Source of the DNA: Porticoccaceae bacterium
GTDB lineage: Bacteria > Pseudomonadota > Gammaproteobacteria > Pseudomonadales > Porticoccaceae
Direction of reading: 5' to 3'
Assembly: GCA_040235495.1 (NCBI GenBank)
Contig: JBECKV010000147.1
Coordinates: forward strand, 1-54,198
Length of the DNA stretch: 54,198 nucleotides
The notes beneath the pieces are model-generated. The model did no database searches. It had not been told where the DNA came from and saw only the letters and a list, made by a program, of their open reading frames with translations. The translations under genes were made by a program, and so were the position numbers. Positions 51,980 to 54,198 of this stretch are shown here, in pieces (the first letter of the stretch is position 1; each line of letters opens with the position of its first letter).

Positions 51980-54198
51980 GATGCCGCGCCTGCTTTAATT
52001 GGTCGCGCTTCTTCATTGATCAGGAATTGATAAAACAACAGTGGCACCACGATCACCGTGAGCGCGGTGGACACCACGGTACCCGCGATCAGGGATATCG
52101 CCAGACCTCCGAATATAGGGTCGTTAATCATCACGGCACTGCCCAGCATGGTCGACAGGGCAGTCAGCAGTATGGGTCTCAAACGCAACAGGGTGCCCTG
52201 TAATATCGCCTCGCGAACCGGTGCGCCCCCGGCGCGAAAATCAATGACGAAGTCGATGATCAGCAGGGAATTGCGCACCACGATGCCGGCCAGGGCGATA
52301 ATGCCGATCATGGAGGTTGAGCTGAAGGCCTGGTCGAGCATCCAATGGGCCGGGAATATGCCAATAATACCCAGGGGAATGGCCGACATCGCGATCAGTG
52401 GTATTTTGAAGGATTGATAGTAGGCCACCAGCAAAACATAAATAAGCAATATAGCCAGTCCGAATGAATTCATCATGTCGTTGACGGTGTCCAGCAAGAG
52501 GCGCAGTTCGCCATCCCAGAATAATCGATAGCCGCCCAGGGCGTCGGGCACGTCCTTTTTCAGGCCCAGGTTGGCGGTCCCCAGGCGGTGCCCATCGTCC
52601 AGTTCCAGGCCATTGAGCTGTTGTTCCAGATCGAGCACGGCATACAGCGGTGAAATCTGTTTCAGCTCGCCGGCGACGTACACTACCCGCTCGAAATCCT
52701 TGCGATAGATAGGCGTGGCTTCGTTGATGAGTTCCAATTTGGTCAATTCGGAGAGAGGGATGGCCTCGCCATTTTTACCACTGATAAACACCATGGACAG
52801 GTCCTCTGGCCCGATGGTGGAGCGCCTGGGGATTTGCATGAGGATGGGCACGGGGTTTTTTTCCTCGGACAGATGGACGCGTCCAATGACTTCGCCGTCG
52901 AAGACTTGACGCAGCAGGGTCGCCACTGCAACCGTGTTGACACCAGCCAGCGTTGCCTTTTCCCGGTCCAGGGTGATCCGGTATTCGCGCGTGGCGTCGG
53001 GAACCGAGTGATAGACTTCGACCATGTCATAGGTTCGTTCGAAGCGGCTTTTGACCTGTTCGGCGATACCCGCCATGGTGTTCAGGTTTTGGCCATAAAT
53101 TTCGGCCAGTACGGTAGCGCGCAGGGGGGGGCCGGGCGGGTCCTCAAGCAGTTGAATCGTGCTGCCGGGGTAGCGACGCGAGATGGCTTCGATAGCGGGA
53201 CGCAGGTCGTAAACGATTTCGATGGAGCTTTTTTTTCTGCGTTTTTTATCGATCAGATTTACCCGGATTTCCGCGATATTGGCGCCCTGCTTATTCTTCG
53301 CGCCCCGTAACAGGCCGTTAAAGTCGATGACGCCGGACTGGCCGATCCAGACCTGATAATCGGTGACGTAGCGGTTTTTGATCAACACCTTGCTGATTTC
53401 CCGCGCGGCCTGGTCGGTGACTTCGACCGGCGTTGACGCAGGCAAAGTAATGGTCACGTTAAAGGTGTTTTTGTTGTCTTTCATGAGCATGGCAATGGGT
53501 ACGCCCAGGTAGGACTGCGGGCCATTGACGCCAGCGGGCCGGATAAATTGCCAGGCGGATTGCAGGATGGCGAGCAGAATTAACACGACGACGAACAGAT
53601 AAAACAGGCGTCGAAGACCGCGCCTGTCAATCAAGGGGATAAGAATCCGCTGATAAAAATTTGCCAGGGTAAAACCTCTGCCGTCGCCAAGTGGGATGTT
53701 TATTCCCAGGCGACTGGCCTGGTCCAGAACGTCTTTCAGGCGCTCCTGGAGCCGTAGCTGGCGGCTCAGGCGAGGTCCGGTATTGAGGGTCGCGGGGTCC
53801 AGCAGTTTGTAAGTCGCCCAGGGTGTGACGATGTAGGCGATCAGCACCGAGGCCAGCATGGTGACGGGCACATTGAAGGCCAGGGGATAGAAGTACTGGC
53901 CTACCATGCCGGTCAACACAAACTGGGAGGCAAACGCCAACATGATGGCGAAGGTCGCCAGGTTGGTGGGGTTGCCGATTTCGTTAGTGGCCTGGATGAC
54001 CGCCTGGCGCTTGTCGCCGTCGCCGAGGTCGAGAAAATGCCGATGGATGTTTTCCACTACTACGATAGCGCCGTCCACCAGCATGCCCAGGGACAGGATC
54101 AGGGCGAACAGGGTAACGCGGTTGATCGTGGGTCCAAACAGAAAGTCGGCACCCAGGGTCAGGGCGAGAATCAGTGGCACGGCGAAACCGACGATCAA
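51976..54198 (-). CDS. RND efflux transporter permease subunit (AcrB/CzcA superfamily). The N-terminus lies beyond the window edge.
   Basis: 740 aa of an open frame running off the window. 'LSLGMLVDGAIVVVENI' is a TM4-type motif. Large periplasmic loop followed by a second TM bundle. Partial gene. Confidence 0.93.
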   Translation of the reverse strand: MIVGFAVPLILALTLGADFLFGPTINRVTLFALILSLGMLVDGAIVVVENIHRHFLDLGDGDKRQAVIQATNEIGNPTNLATFAIMLAFASQFVLTGMVGQYFYPLAFNVPVTMLASVLIAYIVTPWATYKLLDPATLNTGPRLSRQLRLQERLKDVLDQASRLGINIPLGDGRGFTLANFYQRILIPLIDRRGLRRLFYLFVVVLILLAILQSAWQFIRPAGVNGPQSYLGVPIAMLMKDNKNTFNVTITLPASTPVEVTDQAAREISKVLIKNRYVTDYQVWIGQSGVIDFNGLLRGAKNKQGANIAEIRVNLIDKKRRKKSSIEIVYDLRPAIEAISRRYPGSTIQLLEDPPGPPLRATVLAEIYGQNLNTMAGIAEQVKSRFERTYDMVEVYHSVPDATREYRITLDREKATLAGVNTVAVATLLRQVFDGEVIGRVHLSEEKNPVPILMQIPRRSTIGPEDLSMVFISGKNGEAIPLSELTKLELINEATPIYRKDFERVVYVAGELKQISPLYAVLDLEQQLNGLELDDGHRLGTANLGLKKDVPDALGGYRLFWDGELRLLLDTVNDMMNSFGLAILLIYVLLVAYYQSFKIPLIAMSAIPLGIIGIFPAHWMLDQAFSSTSMIGIIALAGIVVRNSLLIIDFVIDFRAGGAPVREAILQGTLLRLRPILLTALSTMLGSAVMINDPIFGGLAISLIAGTVVSTALTVIVVPLLFYQFLINEEARPIKAGAAS

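Overview
This window is a roughly 54-kb chromosomal segment from a G+C-rich gammaproteobacterium. Its gene order is pseudomonad-like. That comparison comes from memory of reference genomes, not from a search.

Almost all of the window is conserved housekeeping backbone. On the + strand the order is rpsB-tsf-pyrH-frr-uppS-cdsA-dxr-rseP-bamA-skp-lpxD-fabZ-lpxA-lpxB-rnhB-(extra KAS III)-dnaE-accA-tilS-pyrG-kdsA-eno-ftsB-ispD-ispF-(CigR-like)-truD-pcm-(DUF368)-nlpD-rpoS. Next come fdxA and mutS on the - strand, then recA-(DUF4126)-recX. After that are an alpha/beta hydrolase (-), an M23 peptidase, a YcaR/Trm112-like protein, a HIT protein, alaS, lysC, csrA and tRNA-Ser(GCU). The window ends with a TolC-family gene and a truncated RND efflux permease, both on the - strand. 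I saw no rRNA, no CRISPR array and no prophage-scale element.

The non-backbone material is small:
1. A visibly lower-G+C islet of about 2.1 kb lies between mutS and recA. It carries an IS1595-family transposase, a 53-aa ORF whose start overlaps the transposase stop, and an orphan DUF3800 gene. Imperfect direct repeats bracket it, and each repeat contains an SOS-box-like palindrome.
2. A lower-G+C patch of about 1 kb lies downstream of tRNA-Ser. It holds a small 4-TM membrane protein.
3. Several single genes are inserted into otherwise classic operons: KAS III, the CigR-like gene, DUF368 and DUF4126.

I did not find a clear multi-gene novel system. The best candidate for something undescribed is the DUF3800 module with its putative SOS wiring, and that remains an inference.
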